This document shows positions 20,263 through 29,244 of a stretch of 64,000 bases of DNA, piece by piece. The first letter of the stretch is position 1. Every line of letters starts with the position of its first letter. The DNA is from a virus, in IMG/VR virus record IMGVR_UViG_3300029989_000005, one strand, 5' to 3'. The translations under genes were made by a program, and so were the position numbers. Below the pieces are notes generated by a model that worked only from the letters and a program-made list of their open reading frames with translations, did no database searches and was not told where the DNA came from.

Positions 20263-20299
20263 TTTGAAGAGGATAATTGTTATAATTATCCTCTTCAAA
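20263..20299 (+). terminator. inverted-repeat terminator after purZ
   Basis: TTTGAAGAGGATAATT-gttat-AATTATCCTCTTCAAA. Confidence 0.7.
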
Positions 20300-20324
20300 T
20301 ATATTTAAATAATAAAAAATTGCT

Positions 20325-21119
20325 ATGGCAGATGAATTCAATAATGAGATGAACGTTAAAAAGAATTACGAAAATGTATTCTTACGGTCTGTAATTGTTT
20401 CTTTCACATCTTTCATGTCAGACATAATTGAATTTGAAAGACATAAAAAAGGTAAAACTGAAATTATTAAATGCCCTGTGTTTTATTCATATACAGGTGA
20501 TCAGGCTTTTCTGTCTGATATGTTTTTAGATTCTCACAGATTTCCATATAGTGGCGGGAAACAATTAGCTGAGGGTAATGTAATGCCTATACCCTCAGGT
20601 ACATTTTCTGTCAAAGAATCGGGTGTACAAAATTCTAGTGTTAGTGGCGGTAATGAAAGGATTTTATATTTTGTAGACGAAGAAAATGAGCACGGTGTAC
20701 AACCGCAAGTTCCGTATTCAGCAAGGGGTGTGTGGTTTCCTGAATCATTTTTGGTGGATTTAGAAATAAAAGCATCATCAGAGCTAGATAGGTTGAAAAT
20801 ATATGATGCTATAATAGAAAACTTGTACAAAACTAGGAAAACTTATATAGATGATTATAAAGGGTTTAAAAAGATACCTTTAACAATTGCATTTCCTGAA
20901 ACACAACAATTAAGTAGATCATTTTCATTTTTTGCCAATTCACAAAGCGATTTACCATCTTTAAAATTGCAATTGGAAATTTATACAAAAAGACCTATAA
21001 TTGATAAATCAACAGCACAAAAACTTGATACTAAAGTTAAAAGTATACATATTGATGAATATTTGAAATCGGTTGGAGAAGAGGGAAACGAATTATTAGG
21101 TAGTTCAGATATTAATTAA
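20325..21119 (+). CDS. tail terminator / sheath stabiliser gp15-like
   Basis: FLRSVIVSF...EIIKCPVFYS N-terminus resembles T4 gp15; TAAATAA at 20306. Confidence 0.6.
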   Translation: MADEFNNEMNVKKNYENVFLRSVIVSFTSFMSDIIEFERHKKGKTEIIKCPVFYSYTGDQAFLSDMFLDSHRFPYSGGKQLAEGNVMPIPSGTFSVKESGVQNSSVSGGNERILYFVDEENEHGVQPQVPYSARGVWFPESFLVDLEIKASSELDRLKIYDAIIENLYKTRKTYIDDYKGFKKIPLTIAFPETQQLSRSFSFFANSQSDLPSLKLQLEIYTKRPIIDKSTAQKLDTKVKSIHIDEYLKSVGEEGNELLGSSDIN

Positions 21120-21124
21120 AATTC

Positions 21125-22258
21125 ATGGCAAATATAATTAAAATACCAACAGAACCTATTGAACAAGTATTATCACAACCGTATAAAACTGACACGGTTG
21201 GATATTTTGTTAATATATTTAACGGTAGGTCTAAAGCATCTAAACGAAAATTTAATTTTCCTGATAAAGGACAAGCGGCTCAATTTTATACTGATAATTC
21301 GGGCAAATGGAGAATAGATTTCACGGATTTATCAGGTAATTTATTAGCTGATGAAAAAAGCTTGTTATTTGATTCAAGAGCTTTAGCATATTCACAATAT
21401 GCTAAACTAATGAGCAAAAATAAGGAAGTTATAGAAAATACAGAGGATGATGTAGAGGATATAGTTATTGAACAACTTGAAAGGACATTTGAGCAATATC
21501 TCCCATCATTGGTAAAAAGTCAACCAAAAAGAAAGTCAAATTTCAGTGATCTACCCAAATTTGATGATGAAGATGAAGATGAAGAACACGAAAAAGAACA
21601 TGATGAGGATGTATTACAAGCTGAGGAAAAATACATACAGGCATCATCTATAGCACTTACAGAGGCAAAAAGCTTATTAGGCTCTATAGCTGAACTTTAT
21701 ATCGAAAAAGGTGTTATAGAAAAATTTCCGTATTTCAAAAATAAATTATATTTTGAGGAGAATTCTATACAAATGATTCATACTCAAATGATGATTTCGC
21801 AGCTTGTGCTTAAGAAATTTTTTAAACAAGTAATTAAAAATCCTACAGCTAAAAACATTGAATCACTGTCTAAAATACAAATGTCACAATTAGCCTTGAG
21901 TAAATATCAAAGGGAATACTTGTCTGATGTCGAGGAATCTTTCAAAAAACTCAAGAAAGATTATGTTAATGGTGAATTTGTTAATCAGTCAGGAATAGAG
22001 GAAGGTGAGGTTATAATACCTGATACACCTGTTTTCAATGATAGGAAAAAATTAATAATGGAGCTTTCTGAGGTTGTTGAAGCTGATGATTTAATACCTC
22101 TATCGCCCAATCAGAATTTAAGAAATAATATCAAAGATAATGAAAGAAACAGGTATGAAACATCGTTTAAAATTCACACTCAAAGTGAATCATCTAAAGA
22201 CGAAGAAATACTTGTTGAAAAAAACGCTGAGGATATATTTAGCAGCTTTATGGACTAA
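21125..22258 (+). CDS. hypothetical, possible terminase small subunit
   Basis: helical/acidic; immediately upstream of the TerL ATPase fragment. Confidence 0.35.
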   Translation: MANIIKIPTEPIEQVLSQPYKTDTVGYFVNIFNGRSKASKRKFNFPDKGQAAQFYTDNSGKWRIDFTDLSGNLLADEKSLLFDSRALAYSQYAKLMSKNKEVIENTEDDVEDIVIEQLERTFEQYLPSLVKSQPKRKSNFSDLPKFDDEDEDEEHEKEHDEDVLQAEEKYIQASSIALTEAKSLLGSIAELYIEKGVIEKFPYFKNKLYFEENSIQMIHTQMMISQLVLKKFFKQVIKNPTAKNIESLSKIQMSQLALSKYQREYLSDVEESFKKLKKDYVNGEFVNQSGIEEGEVIIPDTPVFNDRKKLIMELSEVVEADDLIPLSPNQNLRNNIKDNERNRYETSFKIHTQSESSKDEEILVEKNAEDIFSSFMD

Positions 22259-22262
22259 CACA

Positions 22263-23351
22263 ATGGGACTATTAGAAATTTTGGAAAAAACTTTAAATGC
22301 TATATTAAAAATAGTTATATTTTTAAATTATAATCTGTGGAAATATAAAGTTGAGGAAGACTGTATAATTAGTTCCTCTATTCCTAAAGATAATTTATTG
22401 GTAAACGGTATAAAGGGTGGTCAATATTTATCGGCTGTCCATATTAAGACAAATGCCGAAATACTTAAAATAACTACTAAAAATGGATGCTTTGTAAAGT
22501 GTTCTGTAAATCATTTGTTTTATGATTCAAATATGCAGATAATTGATGCTAATAACGTAACAAGGCAGACATTTTTAATCACAAAACAAGGAATATCACG
22601 TGTTGTAAAAGTAGAAAAATTACCTAGACAATTTACTTTTGATGTTACAGTTGGTTCAGGAGAAATGAGTTATTTTTCTAATGATATACTGAGCCATAAT
22701 TCTATTACATCAGGTATTTTTATAATGTGGTATTTACTTACCAATTATGATAAAGGTGTCGCATGTACTTCGGCAACCGATGATAAAGTTAAAGAACTTA
22801 TAGAAAAGATAGATACAATATACGACAATTTGCCATTTTATATGAAACTTGGTATATGTGTTGATAATCAAAAGAGGAAAATATATGATAATGGCTGCTC
22901 AATAAAAGGTGAAACAGCAACAGAGAAAGCGGGTGCAGGTCTTACTGTTAACGGTATACTTTACTGTGATGAATTTGCACTGATTGACCCACAGGTATTA
23001 AAAATATTCTATCAAACTATTTTTCCAACAATGTCATCGTCAAAAACAGCAAAGATGATAATTACATCTACAGCAAGAGGCAGAAATTTATTTTGGCAAT
23101 TGTACACTGATGGATTACTTGGTAAAAATTATTTCAATCCTATACGTGTAGATTGGTTTGATGTTGAGGGTAGAGATGATAAATGGAAACAAGAGGAAAC
23201 AGCCAACATAGGTTCTGAGGAAGCATTTGAGCAAGAGTATGGAAATAGTTTTGATACCAATCAACAATTACTTTTGCCATCTGATGTTATGAAGTCATTA
23301 AAATCATATCAATCACACTTTACAAATAATCGGCTTTCCAATGCATCTTGA
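22263..23351 (+). CDS. atypical split-intein C-fragment (22263-22700) fused to terminase large subunit ATPase fragment
   Basis: KCSVNH (block B), FDVTV...YFSNDILSHN|S; extein SITSGIFIMWY follows the Walker-A GK position; ILYCDEFA Walker B, IITSTARG, FEQEYGNSF as in T4 gp17; likely start ATG 22263. Confidence 0.9.
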   Translation: MGLLEILEKTLNAILKIVIFLNYNLWKYKVEEDCIISSSIPKDNLLVNGIKGGQYLSAVHIKTNAEILKITTKNGCFVKCSVNHLFYDSNMQIIDANNVTRQTFLITKQGISRVVKVEKLPRQFTFDVTVGSGEMSYFSNDILSHNSITSGIFIMWYLLTNYDKGVACTSATDDKVKELIEKIDTIYDNLPFYMKLGICVDNQKRKIYDNGCSIKGETATEKAGAGLTVNGILYCDEFALIDPQVLKIFYQTIFPTMSSSKTAKMIITSTARGRNLFWQLYTDGLLGKNYFNPIRVDWFDVEGRDDKWKQEETANIGSEEAFEQEYGNSFDTNQQLLLPSDVMKSLKSYQSHFTNNRLSNAS

Positions 23352-23376
23352 CAACACAATTTATGTAATTATATAA
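23348..23376 (+). promoter_or_regulatory. sigma70-like phage promoter TTGACA-N17-ATATAA
   Basis: -35 box overlaps the TGA stop of the TerL ATPase fragment. Confidence 0.65.
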
Positions 23377-23397
23377 GAACTTAAAACAAGTATTGGA

Positions 23398-23679
23398 ATG
23401 AAAAATGAAACTATTGCCCTATTGAAATCCATCAAGAAGACATCTGAAAGATATCAAGGTATAAACTTGTCATTAGAGAATGTTGAGATGATAAGAAATG
23501 ATGTATCAAAATCGTTAAGTAGAGTAGATGTACACCAAAGAGATTTTTTAAATTATATGTGTAATTCATTTAAAAACCTTATTGAAATGGGTGATGAAAT
23601 ATTTTTACCCGATGCACTAGAGGCAAATTACACAGAATCACAGATTACACAATATTTAATTGATTTAATCGAAATTTAA
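23398..23679 (+). CDS. hypothetical protein
   Basis: first ORF after the promoter. Confidence 0.55.
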   Translation: MKNETIALLKSIKKTSERYQGINLSLENVEMIRNDVSKSLSRVDVHQRDFLNYMCNSFKNLIEMGDEIFLPDALEANYTESQITQYLIDLIEI

Positions 23680-23683
23680 AATT

Positions 23684-24202
23684 ATGGGGCTAATAATGCT
23701 TATATCGGTATTTTTGTTTTGTTTTGTTTTGTTTTATTGGAAGACCGTTAAATTATATAGCTATACAATTAACTGTTTCTATAATATTTGTGGAATAAAA
23801 TATATTCAAGAAAAGTATACTATAACTATCAAAGGAAATACCATTAATAACCTAAGAGTATCAACGTTTGGTACTATGTATTTAGTTGTAGTTATACCCG
23901 AAGAAGTTGAATCTGAATACTTTGATGAATACTTACAAACATATTTAACAATACTAGAACAGGCAATGGTTGTTCAGAATCTTTATGGCTTGGTGAAGAC
24001 AAGAAAGGAAAAATATTTAGTTACTTCTGATCAAGAAATTAAAAATGCCATTTTTTATATTAAATTTGTTCCAATACTATACAAAAATACATTTTCAAGA
24101 TTCATATGTTATGTTTTGGTAAGCTTTTTATCTGTGTTTTTAATAAACCATTTTGAATTAATCAAAGTTGTTTTAGACATTATAAGGCTGATTAAAATAT
24201 AA
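23684..24202 (+). CDS. hypothetical membrane protein
   Basis: N- and C-terminal TM segments. Confidence 0.55.
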   Translation: MGLIMLISVFLFCFVLFYWKTVKLYSYTINCFYNICGIKYIQEKYTITIKGNTINNLRVSTFGTMYLVVVIPEEVESEYFDEYLQTYLTILEQAMVVQNLYGLVKTRKEKYLVTSDQEIKNAIFYIKFVPILYKNTFSRFICYVLVSFLSVFLINHFELIKVVLDIIRLIKI

Positions 24203-24208
24203 ATTGAT

Positions 24209-25687
24209 ATGATAAATTCAAAACAAATATTTAATGACATGTCTATCTCCTATTTCAATGAAAATGGTGAAATAGACTTGGTTAATATTCCAATTTCAGA
24301 TAGTGAAAAATTTGTTTGGGAGGAAGCAGGATTAGATGATAGATACAAACATCCTACTATAACATCTCAATTTGATAGACCCGTAAAAAAGATACGTAAA
24401 AATTATCTAACAAAATACAGGCAATACGAATATATAAATAATTTACCACAGCATTTACAGGACAAAATATTTTCAGATAACAAGCCAAAGAAATGGTTTT
24501 GGGATATAGAAACAGAAACTGTTAATGGTGTGTATACCGAGGCATCCAATCCTATTGGTAGAATATTACTCCATACTATTTGTGATGAATATGGAAATGG
24601 TACTATATTTGGGATGAAGGAATTGACGGGTGAGCAATTAAAAAGAATTGAAATAAAATTAAACGCTCATTTATCTAAAATATTGGATAAAAAAATAGTT
24701 AAACAAGTAAATCTAAAATACCGTCAATACAAAGATGAATACTCCATGAATTGCGATTTTGCCGTAAACTATATGAGCAAAATGTCTGTAATATTCGGTT
24801 GGAATGTTTTAAAATTTGATGCACAATATTATTTTAATAGGTGTAAAAGAACAGGTATTGATTATGCAAAAATTATATCACCTGTAGGAAAAACATTTTC
24901 TCATTCGCTTTCTGATAAATACAACAAAGAAAATAAAATAATATTAGATTTACCATTGCATAGACCAATTATTGATTATATGCAAATATTTGAATTCTTT
25001 GACCAATCTGTTGCGTATAAAACATCTATGTCATTAGGGTTTATTTCGAATGAGGTATTGGGTGTTACCAAAATTGAATACAATGGAAACTTACAAGATT
25101 TATACGACACAGATTTTGAGAAATTTTGCTTTTATGGTATAACTGATGCTTTTCTTGTAGAAATGATTGACAAGAAAACCGATATATTTTCCTTGATGCA
25201 AACTATAACCAACATTGGAAAGGTTGATTTACTTTTGGGAACATCGGTTTCAATTATAATAGAATCAATCTTTAGTGATTATTATTACAAAACTTACAAT
25301 AAGGTATTTATAAAAGAAGAAAACATAAAAGAAGGCTATGCGGGTGCTTTTGTTGTTGAGCCAACAATAGGCTTATATGAATACATTGGCATTTATGACT
25401 TCGAAAGTCTTTATCCATCCATAATGCAATTCCTAAATGTTGGTCTTGATACTTATATAGGTCAAACATATGACGATAAAACAACCGTTGTTACAAAAAC
25501 AGGTGAGCAAATACCATATGATAAAAACACTATGATACGTGCTAACAATGGTGTAGTATATACAAGTGAAAAAGATGGATGTGTTAGAACTGTCATAGAC
25601 AACTTGTTTACAAAGCGTGTTAAGGCAAAATATGCTAATCATGATATTGCTCATGATATAGAAGAACTTAAAAAATTAATAGCTTAA
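24209..25687 (+). CDS. family B DNA polymerase, N-terminal fragment (3'-5' exonuclease, motif A, start of fingers)
   Basis: WDIETE (ExoI), GWNVLKFD (ExoII), YGITD (ExoIII), GYAGAFVVEP, YDFESLYPSIM; ends before KxxxNSxYG and YGDTDS. Confidence 0.9.
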   Translation: MINSKQIFNDMSISYFNENGEIDLVNIPISDSEKFVWEEAGLDDRYKHPTITSQFDRPVKKIRKNYLTKYRQYEYINNLPQHLQDKIFSDNKPKKWFWDIETETVNGVYTEASNPIGRILLHTICDEYGNGTIFGMKELTGEQLKRIEIKLNAHLSKILDKKIVKQVNLKYRQYKDEYSMNCDFAVNYMSKMSVIFGWNVLKFDAQYYFNRCKRTGIDYAKIISPVGKTFSHSLSDKYNKENKIILDLPLHRPIIDYMQIFEFFDQSVAYKTSMSLGFISNEVLGVTKIEYNGNLQDLYDTDFEKFCFYGITDAFLVEMIDKKTDIFSLMQTITNIGKVDLLLGTSVSIIIESIFSDYYYKTYNKVFIKEENIKEGYAGAFVVEPTIGLYEYIGIYDFESLYPSIMQFLNVGLDTYIGQTYDDKTTVVTKTGEQIPYDKNTMIRANNGVVYTSEKDGCVRTVIDNLFTKRVKAKYANHDIAHDIEELKKLIA

Positions 25688-25698
25688 AAATAAATATT

Positions 25699-25983
25699 AT
25701 GGAAGGTGAAAAATTAATAGTAGATGTAATTAAAAGTAGAATACTTGTTAAAATTGAAGAACAAATTGAACAAACCGAAAGCGGATTGATAGCTATAAAA
25801 ATTGATGATACAGACCAAACTCTTGGTGAAATTGTCGGTGTAGGTGAAAGTGTAGGTGAAAATACTGTTGTTGGTAAAAGAGTAATGTTTAATAGATTTT
25901 CAGGTACTCAGTTAACTATCGAAAGCAAAAAATATAGGGTTATGGAAGAGGGTGATATTTTATTAATCATAACCAAAAAATAG
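25699..25983 (+). CDS. groES: co-chaperonin GroES
   Basis: SRILVK...TESGLI...GEIVGVG...FNRFSGT...EGDIL. Confidence 0.88.
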   Translation: MEGEKLIVDVIKSRILVKIEEQIEQTESGLIAIKIDDTDQTLGEIVGVGESVGENTVVGKRVMFNRFSGTQLTIESKKYRVMEEGDILLIITKK

Positions 25984-26068
25984 CCCTCTGCTGCAGACGA
26001 TATACTTTCCTTTAATTTAAATCATTTTCATAATACTAACATAACAAAAATATATAAAATTTAAAAAA

Positions 26069-27667
26069 ATGAATGACAAAGTACAAATAAAAACAGGTGC
26101 TGAGGCAAGAGATACGATACTTTATGGTGCAAAACAATTATGTGATATTGTATCATCTACACTAGGTCCTGGAGGCAAAAACGTATTACTCAAGCATTTA
26201 AATGAAAGAATCATACAATCCACAAAAGATGGTGTCACTGTTGCTAAATTTATAGAACTTGAAAATGAATGGGAAAACATAGGGTGTAACCTGCTCAAGC
26301 AATCATCAATGAGAACGGCATTAAATGCGGGTGATGGCACTACATCTACGGTTGTGTTTGCTTATGCACTTATGAAAGAGATAAATGAATTTTTGAAATC
26401 AAATCCTGATTTTAATGTTCATAAACTCCGTGATGATTTAAACAAATCAAAGGATTTGATGATTGAATATATTAAGGATCATTCAATAATTTCAAAAACA
26501 AATAAGGATATTAGAAACATTGCCATGATTTCTACAAATGGAGATGTTAGAATATCCGATTTGATTGCATCGGCATATGATAAATTCGGAAATGAACATG
26601 GAACTATAATGGTTGAACCATCACCATCAACTGAAACATCAATAACTATACAAAGCGGGATTAAAATAGCTTCGGGATATTCTAGTTATATGTTCATGAC
26701 AGATGTTAATAAGATGATTTCTGAGCTAACAGATTGTGGTATAATTATAACAGACCACAACATTTCAAAAGGCTCTGATATGTTAAAAATTCTTAGTATA
26801 GCCAATACCAATTATAAATCATTACTTATAATTGGTGAGAATATTGAGGGTGAAGCTGTTCAGACTATGATTGCCAATCATATGAGCCAAAAGATGAAAA
26901 TATGTTTGATAAAACCAACATTTTACGGTGAAAGAAGAAAAGATTATTTGTCAATGATTGCATCCGCTACATTAGCAACACCTTTTTATATTGAGTCTGG
27001 TACTAAGCTAGCTGAATTCAGTTCTAAGTTTATTGGCTCTGCTCAAAAAATTGTAGTGAGTAAAGATGAAACAAATATTCAAATATATGACATTAATAAG
27101 CCTAATCTTGATACAAAAATTTGTCAAATAGAGGAAAATATAAAGTCTATGATTGAAACAGGTTCACCCGAAGAGAATGAGGCTATTCAATGGAAACGTA
27201 ATTTGCTATCTTTTGCAAAGGGAAATATAGCTACGATTAAAATCGGTGGTAATTCCGATACAGAAATTTATGAGGTAAAGGATAGAATTGATGATGCAAT
27301 AGCTGCCGTTAAATCATCTATTGAGGAAGGTGTATCGGTTGGTGCGGGTGCATCATACATAAAGGCTGCTTATCAATTACCACCTTATTCAATTTCAGGC
27401 AATTTGATTAAGTCGGCATCGGAATCAATAAAAAGAAAATTGTTAAGCAACTTGTGTATTTCCGATATTGATAAGCTGATTATAGATGACATATTAGATG
27501 ACAATAATGGTATTAATATGTATGGTGAATTAGCAAACCTTGTCGAGGATGGTATTATCGACCCAACAAAAGTAATAAGGAATTGTATAGAAAATGCTAT
27601 TTCCGTAGCTACAATGTTTTTACTTACCGACAATATAGCGATGAAAGTCGAGGACATCTTAATATAA
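26069..27667 (+). CDS. groEL: chaperonin GroEL (phage-encoded, no GGM tail)
   Basis: TLGPGGKNV, TKDGVTVA, AGDGTT, KDRIDDAIAA, GIIDPTKV. Confidence 0.93.
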   Translation: MNDKVQIKTGAEARDTILYGAKQLCDIVSSTLGPGGKNVLLKHLNERIIQSTKDGVTVAKFIELENEWENIGCNLLKQSSMRTALNAGDGTTSTVVFAYALMKEINEFLKSNPDFNVHKLRDDLNKSKDLMIEYIKDHSIISKTNKDIRNIAMISTNGDVRISDLIASAYDKFGNEHGTIMVEPSPSTETSITIQSGIKIASGYSSYMFMTDVNKMISELTDCGIIITDHNISKGSDMLKILSIANTNYKSLLIIGENIEGEAVQTMIANHMSQKMKICLIKPTFYGERRKDYLSMIASATLATPFYIESGTKLAEFSSKFIGSAQKIVVSKDETNIQIYDINKPNLDTKICQIEENIKSMIETGSPEENEAIQWKRNLLSFAKGNIATIKIGGNSDTEIYEVKDRIDDAIAAVKSSIEEGVSVGAGASYIKAAYQLPPYSISGNLIKSASESIKRKLLSNLCISDIDKLIIDDILDDNNGINMYGELANLVEDGIIDPTKVIRNCIENAISVATMFLLTDNIAMKVEDILI

Positions 27668-27678
27668 CCAAAATTTTC

Positions 27679-27805
27679 GGCACTATAGTTCAATACTCAT
27701 TAGAACGGCTAGCTAGGGAAGTGTGATTGATACCCGAACCTAGCAGAATTCAATAAGTCACGATATATAGAATTTTTATCATGGTATGAAATCCATGTAG
27801 TGTTG
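27679..27805 (+). ncRNA. tRNA-like structured RNA with enlarged central domain
   Basis: acceptor GGCACTA/TAGTGTT, D-arm GTTC..GAAC, T-arm CATGG-TATGAAAT-CCATG; about 70 nt replace the anticodon arm. Confidence 0.5.
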
Positions 27806-27831
27806 AAAATCTTTGGTTTGTAACGGTATAA
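27803..27831 (+). promoter_or_regulatory. sigma70-like promoter TTGAAA-N17-GTATAA upstream of ssb
   Basis: variant of the recurring motif. Confidence 0.45.
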
Positions 27832-27879
27832 AATATTTTGAATTTTTGAAAACTATTGTATAATTAAAAAACTATTGAA

Positions 27880-29178
27880 ATGAGTGAAAAAATTGAACAA
27901 ACTGAAAATTTTGAATTTGGCGGAATTTTTGCGGTAACAGCAGAAAATTTTGAACAACCAACATCAAGCAATTTTAATGAGGATTTTTTGGCATTAAAAC
28001 TTGACGATGAAAAGGTAAAAGATGGTCGCTATGTAGTAACAGGCAGATTAGTTCCCGATGTTAATTGTGGAGAAATCAGGCGTGACCGTGTTACCAAACA
28101 TATGTATTATCTTCCTGACCCAAATGACCCTAAAGCCCGAATTTATGTAGATGCACCAAGTAATAATCCTAAACTCAAGGATTTAGCTACTGCAGCATAT
28201 ATGAAGCATGTGTACGATAAAGGTAAGAATTACGACCAAAACACCCCAATACAATTATCAAAACGGTTGGAAGTGCTTAAACGCAATACTTACAATTATT
28301 CCCTGTTTTTGATTTATGATGACCCACAACACCCTGAATTGAATGGTAAAATCAAAATTTTGAGATATGGCAAAATCCTTAACGTTAAACTTGATCAATT
28401 ATTAAAGGGTGACCCAATTCTCAAAAGAAAGCCGATTGTGCCGTTTGACCTTATTAATGGTAAAGATTTAACTATTGTGGTATCAGAGGGAAATCAAAAT
28501 ATGCCAACATATGAACAAAGTTCTTTCAATGATGGTCTTTGTGGTATTTCATTTGATTGTGGTAAAACTACAATCAAAGAATTTAACCAAGAAACAGGAA
28601 AACAAGTTTTTGATTTTTTAAAGACAAATTCCCCTGACCTGTCACAAACGTACTACAAAGAAACAACAGCAGAAGATGCTAAATTGTTAATCAATTGCAT
28701 TAAAATAGCATTTGGTGAACAGTATTATAAAGAATTCTGTGAATTGTATTTTGAAGTTTTTGGAACTCAGTACGTACCCGAATACAATAATGTTACAACA
28801 GTTGCCGAAGGTCAACAGGCTGTAGGATTACAACAGGGAACTACACAGGTACAACCAAAAGTTGCCGAACAACCAAAAGTTGTGGAAACAACAACTCAAC
28901 CAAAAGTTGTGGAAACAACAACTCAACCAAAAGTTGTGGAAACAACAACTGATAAAGCATCTGTTGACACTACATCGAAATTCAAGTCATTGAAAGACAA
29001 TGCAGGTACTGTTTCCGCAAGTGAAAAACCTGTAGAAACCGTTATAGAAGCAAATCCTGTAGAAACTATTGCCGCAAATGAAAAACCTGTAGAAACTGCT
29101 GTAAAATCAGTTACACAAACTGATCAAAAAGGCTTTGGTGATTTAAACTTTGACAATTTGCCTGATGATATTAACTAA
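27880..29178 (+). CDS. T4 gp32-like single-stranded DNA-binding protein with long low-complexity acidic tail
   Basis: DDPQHPELNGKIKILRYG...PFDLINGKDL...PTYEQSSF; acidic C-terminus. Confidence 0.8.
   Translation: MSEKIEQTENFEFGGIFAVTAENFEQPTSSNFNEDFLALKLDDEKVKDGRYVVTGRLVPDVNCGEIRRDRVTKHMYYLPDPNDPKARIYVDAPSNNPKLKDLATAAYMKHVYDKGKNYDQNTPIQLSKRLEVLKRNTYNYSLFLIYDDPQHPELNGKIKILRYGKILNVKLDQLLKGDPILKRKPIVPFDLINGKDLTIVVSEGNQNMPTYEQSSFNDGLCGISFDCGKTTIKEFNQETGKQVFDFLKTNSPDLSQTYYKETTAEDAKLLINCIKIAFGEQYYKEFCELYFEVFGTQYVPEYNNVTTVAEGQQAVGLQQGTTQVQPKVAEQPKVVETTTQPKVVETTTQPKVVETTTDKASVDTTSKFKSLKDNAGTVSASEKPVETVIEANPVETIAANEKPVETAVKSVTQTDQKGFGDLNFDNLPDDIN
28870..28950 (+). repeat. 27-bp tandem repeat x3 (QPKVVETTT)
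   Basis: CAACCAAAAGTTGTGGAAACAACAACT x3. Confidence 0.9.
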
Positions 29179-29205
29179 TAACTAATACCAAAAGCAAATA
29201 AATTA

Positions 29206-29240
29206 AAAATAGTCCGAGAAATTGTTTCTCGGACTATTTT
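29206..29240. terminator. bidirectional terminator between convergent ssb and gp6-like genes
   Basis: AAAATAGTCCGAGAAA-ttg-TTTCTCGGACTATTTT. Confidence 0.8.
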
Positions 29241-29244
29241 GTTT

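Noticed and set aside
22140-22262. N-terminal 41 aa of the ORF-track call 22140..23351
   Set aside because: Overlaps the upstream gene; ATG 22263, just after its stop, is the more plausible start.
27679-27805. Standard functional tRNA gene
   Set aside because: No canonical anticodon arm, atypical T-loop, two G-U pairs at the acceptor end; kept only as tRNA-like.
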